DNA of 64,000 nucleotides from Campylobacterota bacterium (GCA_051746405.1 JBNJFB010000001.1:64001-128000), one strand, 5' to 3'. Shown: positions 10,139 through 21,437, counted from the stretch's first letter. Notes: generated by a model not told the origin, from the letters alone. Made by a program: numbers and translations.

Positions 10139-10229
10139 GATATATCCTTTTTATTTAAGATACTAGCGAAAAATATTTCAAAATGCAATAAAATAAACAG
10201 TAGTTATAAAAAGTGAGTATAATATCATT

Positions 10230-11534
10230 ATGTTTATTCACCTAGATTTAGATTGTTTTTTTGTATCAGCACATAGAACTTTAGATAAAAGTTTAGAAAA
10301 TATTCCAGTTGCGGTTGGAGGACGAAGTAATGTCAATATTTTTTCTTCAAAAAAAGAGATTAGAAAGGTATCTTCTAGTGAAGGTGCATTTGTGGGGACG
10401 ATTCTTACAAATGAGGGTAAAAAAAGTTTCAAAGACTATTTTGTAGATGAAGATGGAAGAATAAGAGGTATTATTACAACATCATCATATGAAGCAAGGG
10501 CGTATGGCGTAAAAACTGCAATGAGTGTAAATGAAGCTTTAAAGTTATGTCCAAAGCTTAAGATGCTACCACCAAACCATCCTTTATATCATGAATTATC
10601 TGTAAAACTAAAAGAGCTACTTAAAAGAGAAATCCCCCTTGTTGAGCAGTTTTCTATAGATGAGTTTTTTGGAGATGTGACAGGCTATATTGATGAAAAG
10701 GAAGTTGTGGATTTTGCTTACTATTTAAAAAAGAAGATTAAAAATGAGTTGGATTTACCAATTTCAATAGGTATTGCAAACACAAAATATCTATCAAAAC
10801 TTATAACAGAGTATGCTAAACCAGATGGAGTTAAGTATGTATCAAAAGAGCATTTACCAAGTTTTACAAAAGATATCTTAATAGAGAAGTTCCCAGGAAT
10901 AGGTAAGGCTTTTCAACAAAGATTAAAAGGCTATGGTGTAAAAACATTAGGTGATATTAGAAGAAAAAAAGAGCTTTTTTACTCATGGAAAAAGCCAGGA
11001 ATTGAGCTATATAACAGAGTTTGTGGAATAAGAGATAATAAGCTAACCTTGCAACGAGAAAAGAAGTCAATAGGAATAGGGCGAACCTTTGATGTTGTAT
11101 ATGATAGAAAAGAGGTTTTAAGAAGGGTTTTGATACTTAGTAGATATTTGTGTTTTTTAGTAAAAAAAGAGAGTGCAAACCCCTTAACATATGCATTAAA
11201 AATCAAATATGAATATAACATTAAATCAAAAGATTATATAAATGTAAATAGAGTTTTTAATGAGACAGATTTTAAAAATGAGATGAAAAATCTATTTATA
11301 AAAAGCGATATTCATCCAAAACATGGAGTAGTACAGCTAAATATAACAGTTTCAAATTTTTCAAAATCAAATAGTAATACCTATAATATCTTTGAGTATG
11401 AAGCAGATTTAAAAAAGAAAGAACTAACAGACCAAGTACAAAAATTAAGACTCAAGTTTGGAATTGATATAATAAAAAGTGCAAGTGAACTAGATGACAA
11501 ATTTGAAAGAAAGAGATATGAAAATAAAAGATAA
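10230..11534 (+). CDS. dinB: Y-family DNA polymerase IV
   Basis: HLDLDCFF, SYEARAYGV, SIDE, PGIG motifs. Confidence 0.95.
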   Translation: MFIHLDLDCFFVSAHRTLDKSLENIPVAVGGRSNVNIFSSKKEIRKVSSSEGAFVGTILTNEGKKSFKDYFVDEDGRIRGIITTSSYEARAYGVKTAMSVNEALKLCPKLKMLPPNHPLYHELSVKLKELLKREIPLVEQFSIDEFFGDVTGYIDEKEVVDFAYYLKKKIKNELDLPISIGIANTKYLSKLITEYAKPDGVKYVSKEHLPSFTKDILIEKFPGIGKAFQQRLKGYGVKTLGDIRRKKELFYSWKKPGIELYNRVCGIRDNKLTLQREKKSIGIGRTFDVVYDRKEVLRRVLILSRYLCFLVKKESANPLTYALKIKYEYNIKSKDYINVNRVFNETDFKNEMKNLFIKSDIHPKHGVVQLNITVSNFSKSNSNTYNIFEYEADLKKKELTDQVQKLRLKFGIDIIKSASELDDKFERKRYENKR

Positions 11535-11799
11535 AATAAAACAAAGTAGTAGTAAAGCTTTTAATTATCCTAAAATAAAAAGTACAAAATTAAAAGAGTC
11601 AATACAAATTAAAGTAAGGCAAAAAGCTGTATTAGCTACAAAAGCAAGACTTATGGAAAATCATAAGAGTTTTGATGATTATACTGATGAGGAGCTTGAG
11701 ATTATAATAGCTGATGAGGAGAGAAAAATTATGGATGATTTAAAGACAAAATCTTTAGCAGTTGCATTAGCAGCCCTTGGATTAAACTTTTTTATATAG
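11518..11799 (+). CDS. Hypothetical protein with C-terminal hydrophobic tail (ORF opens at 11494)
   Basis: Overlaps the dinB stop; operon arrangement. Confidence 0.6.
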   Translation: MKIKDKIKQSSSKAFNYPKIKSTKLKESIQIKVRQKAVLATKARLMENHKSFDDYTDEELEIIIADEERKIMDDLKTKSLAVALAALGLNFFI

Positions 11800-11807
11800 G
11801 ATGATAA

Positions 11808-12200
11808 ATGTTTAGACAAGTTAAGTCTGCACTATTTTGGTACTACCTTTACAAGTTTCGAAAAAGAGTGATTCTAATATCAATTCTACTTCTTATAGCA
11901 CTATTTTCAAATGCAATATATGGTGATGTTGTTCAATATTTAAAGTTAAAAGATAAATTAGAGTATTTAGAAATAGCACTTTTTTTAAAGTGGGGAGTAA
12001 TAATATTTAATCTTACATATAGTATATATCTTATTTTGACTATTTTTAAAAAATATGAACAAACTAAAAATAAAAAGCCAAAGGATTCAAAAAAAACCAA
12101 GCCCCCTAAAAGTATAGATGAATTATCAAGTAGAGAGAAAAGTTTTATTTATAAAAAGAAGCTAAACTCTAAAGCTGACTATTTGGTAAATAGGAAATAA
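11808..12200 (+). CDS. Hypothetical 2-TM membrane protein
   Basis: AGGA SD, two hydrophobic helices, basic tail. Confidence 0.65.
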   Translation: MFRQVKSALFWYYLYKFRKRVILISILLLIALFSNAIYGDVVQYLKLKDKLEYLEIALFLKWGVIIFNLTYSIYLILTIFKKYEQTKNKKPKDSKKTKPPKSIDELSSREKSFIYKKKLNSKADYLVNRK

Positions 12201-12208
12201 AATAGTAA

Positions 12209-12592
12209 CTATCTCATAGTTTTATATAACTCTATTGCATTTTCTATATCTTCTTTTGATGGTTTTCTTCTACAAGAGATATAGCACTGCTCACCTGCTT
12301 CATTTTTATATGGATAAACAGTTGCAAATACCCAATAATAACCACCTGATTTAGTTTTATTTTTTACATATCCTTGCCATACTTCATCTTTTTTTACACT
12401 CTCCCATAGGTCTTTAAATGCAGCTTTTGGCATATCTGGATGTCTTACCATATTATGAGGTTTTCCCATAAGTTCATCAAGCTCATACTCTGCAACCTTA
12501 CAAAACTGGTCATTTGCAAATATTATGTTTCCCTTTGCATTTGTTTCACTAACTAAAAATGCATTATCTTTTAAAACTGTTTCTCTTGGCAT
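12209..12592 (-). CDS. Stand-alone Aer-type PAS protein (CetB-like)
   Basis: PHNMVRHPDMP..AFKDLW and NKTKSGGYYWV, typical of FAD-binding Aer PAS domains. Confidence 0.9.
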   Translation of the reverse strand: MPRETVLKDNAFLVSETNAKGNIIFANDQFCKVAEYELDELMGKPHNMVRHPDMPKAAFKDLWESVKKDEVWQGYVKNKTKSGGYYWVFATVYPYKNEAGEQCYISCRRKPSKEDIENAIELYKTMR

Positions 12593-12595
12593 GGT

Positions 12596-14368
12596 TTAAC
12601 CTTTTTTTCTTTTTTGAAACTCTAAATCACAGTTATGCTCTTTTAAAATATCAAGTTTATTAAAAATCTTGTTTATCTGTTTTTCGATATTTTCAGTAAC
12701 TGAAATAATTTGACCATTTGAGTACTCTTCTGCATATAAATCAACACTATCTTGAACCATATTATGAAACTTTTTGTGAGTATCTTTAAGTTCAATCCAC
12801 AAGTTTGATTTAGTGAATTGTAGGTTCTGCTCTTCACTTTTAATTATCCATTTGCCCATATCACATTGAGTATGAGATTTTACTGTAAACTTATTTCCTG
12901 GCTTACAGTCACAGAAGTTCACATTTTTGAAGTTTATATGGTCTGATTTTAATTTATTTAAATCAAAAATATAGTTAGCATTACAAACTCTTCTTTTAGC
13001 ATTTGGTTCAAAAGTTGTTCTATCAACAGCACCTTGAAGCTGTAGTGATAAATCTTTTGTGGTTTTTGACATATCACTAATTTGAGAAGACAGTCTTGCG
13101 TTATTTTGTGTAGCTTGGTCTAATGAGTTTACTGTATCGTTAATTTGATTCATAGCTTGTTGTTGCTCTTTTGTAGCATCTGTAACTTCATCTATTAACT
13201 TTATTGTAGAGCTAATATTTGTATCTAATTCATCAAATCCTTCAATCATTCTACCTGTAACCTCTTTACCTGCTTTTGCTTTAGAAGTTGCACTTTCAAC
13301 TAAACTTTTTATTTGATTTGCAGCTTCGGCACTTCTATTTGCAAGATTTCTAACTTCTTGAGCTACAACAGCAAAACCTTTTCCAGCCTCACCTGCTGTT
13401 GCTGCTTCTACTGCTGCATTTAGACTTAAGATATTTGTTTGAAATGCAATATTATCAATTACAGTAATTGCTTCATTTATTGTATAAACTTCACTACTTA
13501 GTTCATCCATAGATTGGGAAGTTTTATTTGCTAACTCTTTTCCTATTTTAGTAGATTTTGTAACTTTTGAAGCATATGATGCCATTTGTGAAGCGTTTTG
13601 ACTACTAGCAGATATTGTTGAAGTAACCTCTTCAATAGCAGCAGCGGTTTGCTCTAAAGCAGCTGCTTGTTGATTAGAAGCTTGACTTAAACTTTGTGAA
13701 GCATCAGATAAATCCTGTGCACTAAAAGTTAGTCTTTTATTTGAGTTATCTATTAGTGCCATTACTTCATTAATAGTTGATTGGGTTACTTTAACACCAC
13801 TAAAAATTGATGCAATTAGTCCTGTAACACCTTCAATTCTAGGAATAGGTAAATCATATCTAGCATTTGCTAATTGTATTAATGAATCAGATAATATTGT
13901 TAAATTTTTCTGGTTTTTATCTATTAGGTTATTTATTTCATCAATTAAATCTTGAACTTCTTTTGATGAAGCTTTTTGAGTTATTCTTTCATTATAGAGT
14001 CCCACATTTACTTTTCCAAGTGTTGCTTTTGCATTTTGAATTACTTTTCTATCTTGAATTTGATTTAGTCTTAACTTCTGGATATATTTGTTTAAATCAT
14101 CTGCAATTATTCCTAGCTCATCATCTCTATTTAACTCAATTTTTACTATATCTTCAGAGTTTATTAATCTGTTTATACCCTCATCTAGTTTGAATATTGT
14201 AGATAAGATATCTTTAAAAATTAAAACAATTCCAATGGAGCATAAAAAAATTAGACTTGATAAAACTATGTTTACAGCTTGTGAAAAATAGAATAGACCT
14301 ATAAGATTTAATATAACCAAAAGCGTAAGAGTAGTGGCTAAAAGTAGGGATTTTGTTTTGATATACAT
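12596..14368 (-). CDS. Methyl-accepting chemotaxis protein with C-terminal CZB domain
   Basis: TM hairpin, [22 protein letters not shown]-terminal DH..F, CDMGKW and HKKFH CZB ligands. Confidence 0.9.
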   Translation of the reverse strand: MYIKTKSLLLATTLTLLVILNLIGLFYFSQAVNIVLSSLIFLCSIGIVLIFKDILSTIFKLDEGINRLINSEDIVKIELNRDDELGIIADDLNKYIQKLRLNQIQDRKVIQNAKATLGKVNVGLYNERITQKASSKEVQDLIDEINNLIDKNQKNLTILSDSLIQLANARYDLPIPRIEGVTGLIASIFSGVKVTQSTINEVMALIDNSNKRLTFSAQDLSDASQSLSQASNQQAAALEQTAAAIEEVTSTISASSQNASQMASYASKVTKSTKIGKELANKTSQSMDELSSEVYTINEAITVIDNIAFQTNILSLNAAVEAATAGEAGKGFAVVAQEVRNLANRSAEAANQIKSLVESATSKAKAGKEVTGRMIEGFDELDTNISSTIKLIDEVTDATKEQQQAMNQINDTVNSLDQATQNNARLSSQISDMSKTTKDLSLQLQGAVDRTTFEPNAKRRVCNANYIFDLNKLKSDHINFKNVNFCDCKPGNKFTVKSHTQCDMGKWIIKSEEQNLQFTKSNLWIELKDTHKKFHNMVQDSVDLYAEEYSNGQIISVTENIEKQINKIFNKLDILKEHNCDLEFQKRKKG

Positions 14369-14450
14369 TAATATAACTCCTTAGATAACGAATTATAATT
14401 CATGTTAACTTAGAATATTATGAAAATCCCTTAAAAATAACTATTATTTA

Positions 14451-16295
14451 TTAGTAAGTACTAATACTGTTACTTTTTATATTATCTGATTCGAACTCTT
14501 TATTTTTCATCCATAAAGTTTGTGTTGGATATGCAAATTCACAATTATTTGCTTTTACAAGTTCAGCTATTTTTACAATAACATCCTCTTTTGTTTTAAG
14601 CCACTCTTCCCAAGCTGGATTTTTAGCAAAACAGTAAACCATAATATTAATGCTAGAGCTTGAATACTCATCAACATATACAAGTAAAGTACGCATAATA
14701 CCTTGCAATGACTCTTTTTCTATTGCTTCAAATCCAAGGCCTCTACTAACTTTTGAGTTCTTTTCAGTTGCTATTCTTGGATGATTCTCCAGCATATTTC
14801 TAATATCAGTTTTTAAATTTACAATATCTTCCATTTTTGATTCATAAGTTATACCAATTTTCATGGATATTCTTCTACCAATTTTTCTTTTTGACCAGTT
14901 TGTAATGTGTATATTTGCAAGATGGGAGTTTGGTACTGTTATCATACCATTATCAAAGGTTCTAATCCTTGTGGTTCTCATTCTAATATCCACTACAGTT
15001 CCTTCAATATCACCTGTTTTTATCCAATCCCCTTGAGAAAAAGAGTTATCAGTCATAATACTTAATGAACCAAAAAAGTTAGTTAAGGTATCTTTTGAAG
15101 CTAATGCAATTGCTATACCACCAACCCCAAGTGAAGCTGCAATGGCTTTGATATCAATTCCTAGCTGCGAGAATAAAAATAGAATAACAAGTAATATTAA
15201 TACTATTTTTACAACTCTTAAAATAAATACAATCATCTCTTTTCTAACATTTGGGTAGGTTTCTAAAAGAGTTTGTGCATAGTTATTAATACTATTATTT
15301 ATAATTGTATATAATCCCCATGTAAATAGTGCCATATATGTTGTATTTATCCAAGGCATTATTTTTGATATGAGTATAGGATCTTTTATTAAAATATAGA
15401 CGGATATTTGAATAGATAATAGATATAGTGAGTAAATCAACGGAGTATGAACAGACTCTTTTAAATACTCTCTAATCTCATCTGTATCATCTTCATCATG
15501 TTTTCTTTGAATAAATATTTTTGCTATTAATGCTGCAAATAGATATATAACTTTAAGACTAATAAGTCTTAAAACAAGTATTATAAAAACCACTACAACT
15601 AGCTCACCTATTGTAAAGTTTAAATGATATGAAGTGAGATTTGAAGCATAAGAGATACCTTGTATTGAATCAATTTTTTTAATTAAGTATTGTAGGTTAA
15701 ACTCATCAATAAAAAAGTTTGTTTTTCGAAACTCTGATATATTATCCTTTAGGTAGTTTAATACAAAAGTTTGTTCTACTCTTTGTTGAGTTAACTCTTC
15801 AAAGTTTTTTGTAAACTCTTTTGATAGGTAACTATCATAGTTTTTCTGTTCTTCATAAACTTTTTCATACTCTTTGAGAGATTTACTATTTATTTTCTCT
15901 ATAGTAGTTGATAATAACTTTTCATAATAACTTAACTTTCTAAACTCTTCTTTTGCTTTTATAATGCTTTTTAAAGTATTTTCATAAAGTATTTTTTCCT
16001 CTATTGCTATAACTTCTAGTTCGTCTCTTTTTACAGCAAGGGTATTATTGGCTCTTTTATTTATACTTATTTTGTTTTTTAATAGTTCAAGTTTTTCTTT
16101 AGTTAATTCTTTTGTTCTTAATGTATCTAAATATGATTTGTTATTTATATTTTCGATAACTTCTTGTACAACTTGTTGATGTTTTTGAAGTTGAACTTCC
16201 TCTTCATTTTGAGTACTACCTTGAGCCTGTGTAGTAGTATCTGCTTGTGCAAATAGTAAAAAAAATTGAAAAAATAAAATAAATGTAAATCTCAA
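14451..16295 (-). CDS. MscS family mechanosensitive channel with periplasmic N-domain
   Basis: ASLGVGGIAIALA, GDWI, GTVVDIRMRTT, VPNS, FAYPTQ. Confidence 0.93.
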   Translation of the reverse strand: MRFTFILFFQFFLLFAQADTTTQAQGSTQNEEEVQLQKHQQVVQEVIENINNKSYLDTLRTKELTKEKLELLKNKISINKRANNTLAVKRDELEVIAIEEKILYENTLKSIIKAKEEFRKLSYYEKLLSTTIEKINSKSLKEYEKVYEEQKNYDSYLSKEFTKNFEELTQQRVEQTFVLNYLKDNISEFRKTNFFIDEFNLQYLIKKIDSIQGISYASNLTSYHLNFTIGELVVVVFIILVLRLISLKVIYLFAALIAKIFIQRKHDEDDTDEIREYLKESVHTPLIYSLYLLSIQISVYILIKDPILISKIMPWINTTYMALFTWGLYTIINNSINNYAQTLLETYPNVRKEMIVFILRVVKIVLILLVILFLFSQLGIDIKAIAASLGVGGIAIALASKDTLTNFFGSLSIMTDNSFSQGDWIKTGDIEGTVVDIRMRTTRIRTFDNGMITVPNSHLANIHITNWSKRKIGRRISMKIGITYESKMEDIVNLKTDIRNMLENHPRIATEKNSKVSRGLGFEAIEKESLQGIMRTLLVYVDEYSSSSINIMVYCFAKNPAWEEWLKTKEDVIVKIAELVKANNCEFAYPTQTLWMKNKEFESDNIKSNSISTY

Positions 16296-16340
16296 TGTAA
16301 ATCCTTAAGGTTAATTTATAAAATTATACTAATAAAACTC

Positions 16341-16850
16341 TTATTTGTCTATTGTTTTTTTAGACTCTGCACTTGAACTTAACTTTTGATAGATACCTAA
16401 TCCAACTATAATTAGTACAGATGTAATAATTAAAATTGATGGATAAATCAAATCTGAAATATCTCTTGTACCTGCTTTAAAAATATAAACAAGCCCCTCA
16501 ACACTAACTGCAATAGATATAATAGTCATAATTTTAGTTAATGTTCTTCTAGCTTCAGCTGGCTCTCTTAACTCTTTATTTCTAAAAACCTCTTCTTCAA
16601 TCATATATTTAGCAATATCTAAAATTGCCATTGAAATAATAACAGTACCAATTGATTGAAGCATAGTCAAAATAAACTCTTTATTAGTACTAAAATCTTT
16701 TATTGCATTGTAAACTTCTGTAGTTGACCAAACCAAAATAACTAATGACATTGATGCTAAAACAATAGAAAATAGAAGATAAATAAGGCTTGTAATAGTT
16801 TTAAATATATTTCTCATAGAACCTCCTAAAAATTTGATACTTTTTAACAT
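16341..16850 (-). CDS. Hypothetical 4-TM membrane protein (PsiE-like topology)
   Basis: Four hydrophobic helices; EEEV..R and EARRTLTK segment. Confidence 0.65.
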   Translation of the reverse strand: MLKSIKFLGGSMRNIFKTITSLIYLLFSIVLASMSLVILVWSTTEVYNAIKDFSTNKEFILTMLQSIGTVIISMAILDIAKYMIEEEVFRNKELREPAEARRTLTKIMTIISIAVSVEGLVYIFKAGTRDISDLIYPSILIITSVLIIVGLGIYQKLSSSAESKKTIDK

Positions 16851-16960
16851 AATAATTTGAAATAAAACTTAAGTATTATTTGCCTTTATCAAAATAATTA
16901 GAATTAAAAATATTACAGATGATATATTAATAAGATATTGACTGAGTTTAAGAAAAATAT

Positions 16961-17030
16961 TAAAAAAAAGGGGTGCCCCAAATTAATGGGGCGGGGACTA
17001 TTATTAAGCTTTGCCAAAACTATGCTTAGC
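16961..17030 (-). ncRNA. Candidate ~70-nt small RNA with two stem-loops
   Basis: TATAAT at 17040-17035, 5' TAAGC..GCTTA hairpin, C-rich linker, GCCCCA/TGGGGC stem followed by T9; GC-rich patch in an AT-rich spacer; no ORF. Confidence 0.45.
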
Positions 17031-17304
17031 TTTGATTATAAAATAAGTATATCTTATTTAAATAAATAAGAATTTATTATTTATAATCTCAAATAAATCA
17101 TACCTATTAAAATATTAAATTAATATTAAAAACTATTAAATCTGTATTTATTTTTGATAATTTTATATTTAATATAATAAATAAAACTTATAATATAAAT
17201 ATAATAAAATCTTAATCATTTAAGAATAATATAAGTTAATAAGTTGTAGAATTAACTTATCAAAAGATAAAATTTATCCTTTGAAATATAAAAAAGGAGC
17301 TGTT

Positions 17305-18015
17305 ATGGCTTGCGATACAGGTTCAAAACCTATTGAAGAGAATGAAAAAGATATTAATAATGATAACAATACAAATTTAAATAATAAAAAGGAAGAGAAT
17401 ATGAGTTCAAGTTTAGTATTAAGAAATGCACCTGAGTTTAAAATGGAGGCTTATGACTCTAAAACAGGTCATTATACAGAGGTTAAAAGTGAGGATTATA
17501 AAGGAAAATGGCACGTAGTTTGCTTTTATCCAGCTGACTTTACTTTTGTTTGTCCAACAGAAATTGCAGCAATGAATGCAAAATATGATGAGTTTCAGGA
17601 TTTAGGTGTAGATATTTTAGCTGTATCAACTGATACAAAGTTTTCACATAAAAGATTTGTTGAAACTGAACCTATCTTAAAAGATTTAAAGCTTACAATT
17701 GGTGCAGACCCAACAGGTGTTGTAAGTAGAGCATTTGGTGTTATGATTGAAGAACAAGGTGTTGCATTAAGAGGAAGATTTTTAATTAATCCTGAGGGTA
17801 CAGTTGTTGCTCAAGAGGTACAAGCTCCAATGGTTGGAAGAAATGTAAATGAGTTTTTAAGACAAGTTAAGGCTTGGCAACATGCAGAAAAAACAGGTGA
17901 AGTTTGTCCAGCTGGATGGCAACCAGGTAAGAAAACACTTCCTGTAAATACTGATGTGGAACAAATGACAGGTAGAGTAGGTGATTATATCACTCTAGAT
18001 GAAATTTTATCATAA
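17305..18015 (+). CDS. 2-Cys peroxiredoxin (AhpC/Prx1 class) with N-terminal extension (ORF opens at 17281)
   Basis: FYPADFTFVCPTE peroxidatic and GEVCPAGW resolving motifs; AAGGAG SD before ATG 17305. Confidence 0.93.
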   Translation: MACDTGSKPIEENEKDINNDNNTNLNNKKEENMSSSLVLRNAPEFKMEAYDSKTGHYTEVKSEDYKGKWHVVCFYPADFTFVCPTEIAAMNAKYDEFQDLGVDILAVSTDTKFSHKRFVETEPILKDLKLTIGADPTGVVSRAFGVMIEEQGVALRGRFLINPEGTVVAQEVQAPMVGRNVNEFLRQVKAWQHAEKTGEVCPAGWQPGKKTLPVNTDVEQMTGRVGDYITLDEILS

Positions 18016-18032
18016 TTTTACAATCATCATAC

Positions 18033-18063
18033 AAGCATCAAAAGTTACTAACTTTTGATGCTT
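18033..18063. terminator. Inverted repeat between convergent genes, probable bidirectional terminator
   Basis: AAGCATCAAAAGTTA-C-TAACTTTTGATGCTT perfect arms. Confidence 0.8.
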
Positions 18064-18950
18064 TACTTTTTTATTTTTTTATTATACAAAGCAAGATACA
18101 CTCCACATCCTACTACTATAGATGCTCCTATAAAAGTTAAAGCATCAGGTACATGATTGAAAAATATCCATCCAAGAATAGTAGCTCCAATAATCTCTAG
18201 ATATTGAAATGATGCTAATTTATTAGCAGGTGCAAAAGTAAAAGCTTTTGTAATTGAAAGATGTGCTAGTGTAGTTATAACTCCTAATAAAATTAACCAT
18301 CCCCATAAATCTGCATCAATAGATTGTAAAAAGTTTTTTGTATTAAACTCTTGACTAATAAATACAATAGAGCTAATAGTTAACATTGCAAAAAAATTAA
18401 CCCAAAATTGTAAAGAGTACAAAGAACCCTCTTTTGCAAACATTTTTGTAAACATCAAATATAAAGCATAAAAAAACGCTGCAAGTAGTGGAAAAATAGC
18501 ATTGAATCCATATAGTGAGATATTTGGCCGTAAGATAATTATTGTTCCTATAAGTCCAATTGCCACAACTATAAGATTAGTTTTACTTATTTTTTCTTTT
18601 AAGAAAATAGCACTTAAAAGTGTTAATATTAAAGGTTCCACAAAAAATATAGCAATATTATTTGCCAATGGAAGATATTTTAATCCCCAAAATAAAAAAA
18701 GTATTGAAAAAGCTATAGTAACACCTAAAATAATATAAGAGAGTTTTAGTTGTAATAGTCTATATCTTTTATAAAAAAGAATTAAAACTATAAATCCTGT
18801 TTGAAATAAGAAACGTACCCATGTAATTTCATATACAGATATAAAACTACTTAAATATTTAGCTATAGCATCTGTAACAGGAATAAGCATTACCCCAATT
18901 ACCATTAGGACAATTCCTAAATTTTGAGCTGATTGTTGATAATATTTCAT
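18063..18950 (-). CDS. DMT/EamA family transporter
   Basis: Ten TM helices in two repeats, LKYLPLA, FLKEK. Confidence 0.9.
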   Translation of the reverse strand: MKYYQQSAQNLGIVLMVIGVMLIPVTDAIAKYLSSFISVYEITWVRFLFQTGFIVLILFYKRYRLLQLKLSYIILGVTIAFSILFLFWGLKYLPLANNIAIFFVEPLILTLLSAIFLKEKISKTNLIVVAIGLIGTIIILRPNISLYGFNAIFPLLAAFFYALYLMFTKMFAKEGSLYSLQFWVNFFAMLTISSIVFISQEFNTKNFLQSIDADLWGWLILLGVITTLAHLSITKAFTFAPANKLASFQYLEIIGATILGWIFFNHVPDALTFIGASIVVGCGVYLALYNKKIKK

Positions 18951-19000
18951 AGATTGTGTTCCTAAATATAAAAGAAGTAAATTGAAGTTTAAAAACTAAA

Positions 19001-19085
19001 TGGTGCGTCGAGCGGGACTTGAACCCGCACGGATTGCTCCATACGCCCCTCAAGCGTACGTGTCTACCAATTCCACCACCGACGC
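19001..19085 (-). tRNA. tRNA-Leu(GAG)
   Basis: GCGTCGG acceptor stem, TACGC-TTGAGGG-GCGTA anticodon arm, long variable arm, GTTCAAG T-loop, encoded CCA. Confidence 0.97.
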
Positions 19086-19176
19086 AATAATTAAATTCGT
19101 ATTATACATAAAAATACTTAATAATTTTATAAATAGTGTTATTAAAATAAAAGATTAAAACCTTTGTTTTATTCTT

Positions 19177-21300
19177 TTATTTATTTTGGAAGTTCTTTTC
19201 ATTTACTGCATCAAGTATATTTCTTGCTATATATGAAGTATTACTAGCTATTTGATGGGTTTGGCTTGCTACTGAAGCATTATTTTGTGTTTGTTGATCA
19301 AGTTTTGTAATTACATCATTGATTTGTTCTATACTTGTTTTTTGTTCAATTGATGCTTCTGAAATATCTTGAATAGTTTCTGTAGTTTTACTGATATTTT
19401 CACTTAGTTTGTTATAACCTTGAATCATATCATCAGCGATATTCTTACCATTTGTTGTTTTTTCTGATGCTACTTGTACAATACTCTTAATATCTTTAGC
19501 AACTTCAGCACTTCTTGTAGCTAGATTTCTAACCTCTTGAGCAACTACTGCAAAACCTTTTCCAGCTTCACCAGCTGTTGCTGCTTCAACTGCTGCGTTT
19601 AGTGATAAGATATTTGTTTGAAATGCGATATTATCAATAGCAGTTATAGCTTCTGCTATTTGTTGTGTTTGTTCATTTATCTCATCCATTGATTGAACGG
19701 TTGTAGATGCTAGTTGTTGACCTTGTTTAATTGATGTTGTTAACTCTTCTGAATTTCTTGACATATCAGATACTCTGTTTGTGTTATTTACGATAGTACT
19801 AGTTATCTCTTCAACTGCTGCGGCTGTCTCTTCTAGCGAAACAGCAGTATCATTAGAGGCTTTGTTTAAAATATCTACGTTTTTAAGAAGCTCTTTTGAA
19901 CTTCTATCAAGTTTAAGTCCATTTTCTTTATTTTCTTGAAGCATTTTATTGATTATTGTACATAAGTTATTTAATCCTCCTGAGATTTTACCATCTGGCT
20001 TATCTATCATCTCTACAAAATCTAGTTTTGAATATTTTTCAAGTTTTTCTAAAATAACATTAATATCACTATTTACATTATCACTAATAGTTTTAATCAT
20101 CTCATTTAGTATCTCTTTTAATTCATTTAGAGATTTATTTGAGGTTCTACTTTTTACTTGTAAGTCTAGTTTACCATTGTTTATATGATTTACTACATCT
20201 TTAACCTCTACGATTAATTTTTTATCTTGATCTAGACTATTTGAGATAAACTTCATCTCTTCATTTATTATTCTTCCCATTTTCCCAAGTTCGTCATTTG
20301 TATTAATCTTAATCTCTTTGATAGTGTTTTCTTCACCTTTTAGGTATTTGAAGAAGAACTCTAAGCCCTCTTGTACAGTTTTAATTGGAGCAAGAACTTT
20401 GATAAGTGAATAGAATATAATAGATAAAATAATCACAAGAAGTACAACAAATAAAGCTATCTCTTTTACAAGGTCAGAGAAAATTTCATCTATAATCTCT
20501 TCTTTGTCAAGTTGGATGATAAGTTTCCAATCTGTATTATCTATATTACTATATGCTGCTAAAATATCTTTGCCATTTAAAGTAGCTTCACTAAATGATG
20601 TTTTGCTATTACTCTTTATTTGATTAAATACTTCGCTTTGTTTTTTTAGTAACTCTTTATTTTCATGAATTAAAATTTTTCCTTCTTCATCAACCAAATA
20701 AGAGAAACCTGTCTTTTTTAACTCGATATTTAAAATAGCTTTTACAATAGTATCGATAAATATATCAGAACCAACCACACCTAAAAACTCTCCATTTTTT
20801 ACAAACGGAGTATAAACTGTAACAACAAGCTTCTTTGTGGATACATCAATATAAGGTTTTGAAACACCTGATTTTTTTGTTCTTATAGCATCTTTATACC
20901 ATGTTCTCACCCTTGAATCAAAGTTGTTTTCAGCTTTGTTTAAAACACTTCCATCTGAAAGTATTAAATTACCATTTGACTCTTTTCCTAGATATAAATC
21001 CACAAAATTACCCGACTCTTTTCCAAGTTCAAGTTTATTTACTAACTCTTTATTTGATGAGTTAAGGTTTGTAGATGGTAGTTTATTTGCAACTGCTTCT
21101 ACAATATCAATCTTCGAATCAAGATAGCTCTCAATAAAATGAGAATTAGCTTTAGCTAGATTTACTTCCTTGTCTTTGATGATGTCATAACTAGAGTTAT
21201 ATTTATTTTGTGCATTGTAGAAACCTAAGATTATAAAAGATATAGCAATACTTATTAAAGTTAGTGCTAGGATTTTTGACTTTAAACTATTTAACTTCAT
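19177..21300 (-). CDS. Methyl-accepting chemotaxis protein with dCache sensor
   Basis: Two TMs, [13 protein letters not shown] Cache motif, MCP signalling hairpin. Confidence 0.93.
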   Translation of the reverse strand: MKLNSLKSKILALTLISIAISFIILGFYNAQNKYNSSYDIIKDKEVNLAKANSHFIESYLDSKIDIVEAVANKLPSTNLNSSNKELVNKLELGKESGNFVDLYLGKESNGNLILSDGSVLNKAENNFDSRVRTWYKDAIRTKKSGVSKPYIDVSTKKLVVTVYTPFVKNGEFLGVVGSDIFIDTIVKAILNIELKKTGFSYLVDEEGKILIHENKELLKKQSEVFNQIKSNSKTSFSEATLNGKDILAAYSNIDNTDWKLIIQLDKEEIIDEIFSDLVKEIALFVVLLVIILSIIFYSLIKVLAPIKTVQEGLEFFFKYLKGEENTIKEIKINTNDELGKMGRIINEEMKFISNSLDQDKKLIVEVKDVVNHINNGKLDLQVKSRTSNKSLNELKEILNEMIKTISDNVNSDINVILEKLEKYSKLDFVEMIDKPDGKISGGLNNLCTIINKMLQENKENGLKLDRSSKELLKNVDILNKASNDTAVSLEETAAAVEEITSTIVNNTNRVSDMSRNSEELTTSIKQGQQLASTTVQSMDEINEQTQQIAEAITAIDNIAFQTNILSLNAAVEAATAGEAGKGFAVVAQEVRNLATRSAEVAKDIKSIVQVASEKTTNGKNIADDMIQGYNKLSENISKTTETIQDISEASIEQKTSIEQINDVITKLDQQTQNNASVASQTHQIASNTSYIARNILDAVNEKNFQNK

Positions 21301-21437
21301 AGCTTTTCCTTTTGATATTATATATAGATTATGCTTCTAGGATAAGCATATCATGAAAAAGTTTCATAATGGTAGCAATATGTTGTATAAAATATATGAT
21401 ATTGTGTAAAAAATGGTATATATTTAAGAAAATAATC

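Noticed and set aside
13370..13460. Similar sequence shared with about 19540-19640 and 48430-48550
   Set aside because: Conserved MCP signalling hairpin in three paralogues, not a mobile repeat.
18859..19053. 64-aa ORF in the track
   Set aside because: Overlaps tRNA-Leu and the DMT gene out of frame.
18063..19085. Possible island integrated at tRNA-Leu
   Set aside because: No integrase and no duplicated tRNA 3' end seen in the window.
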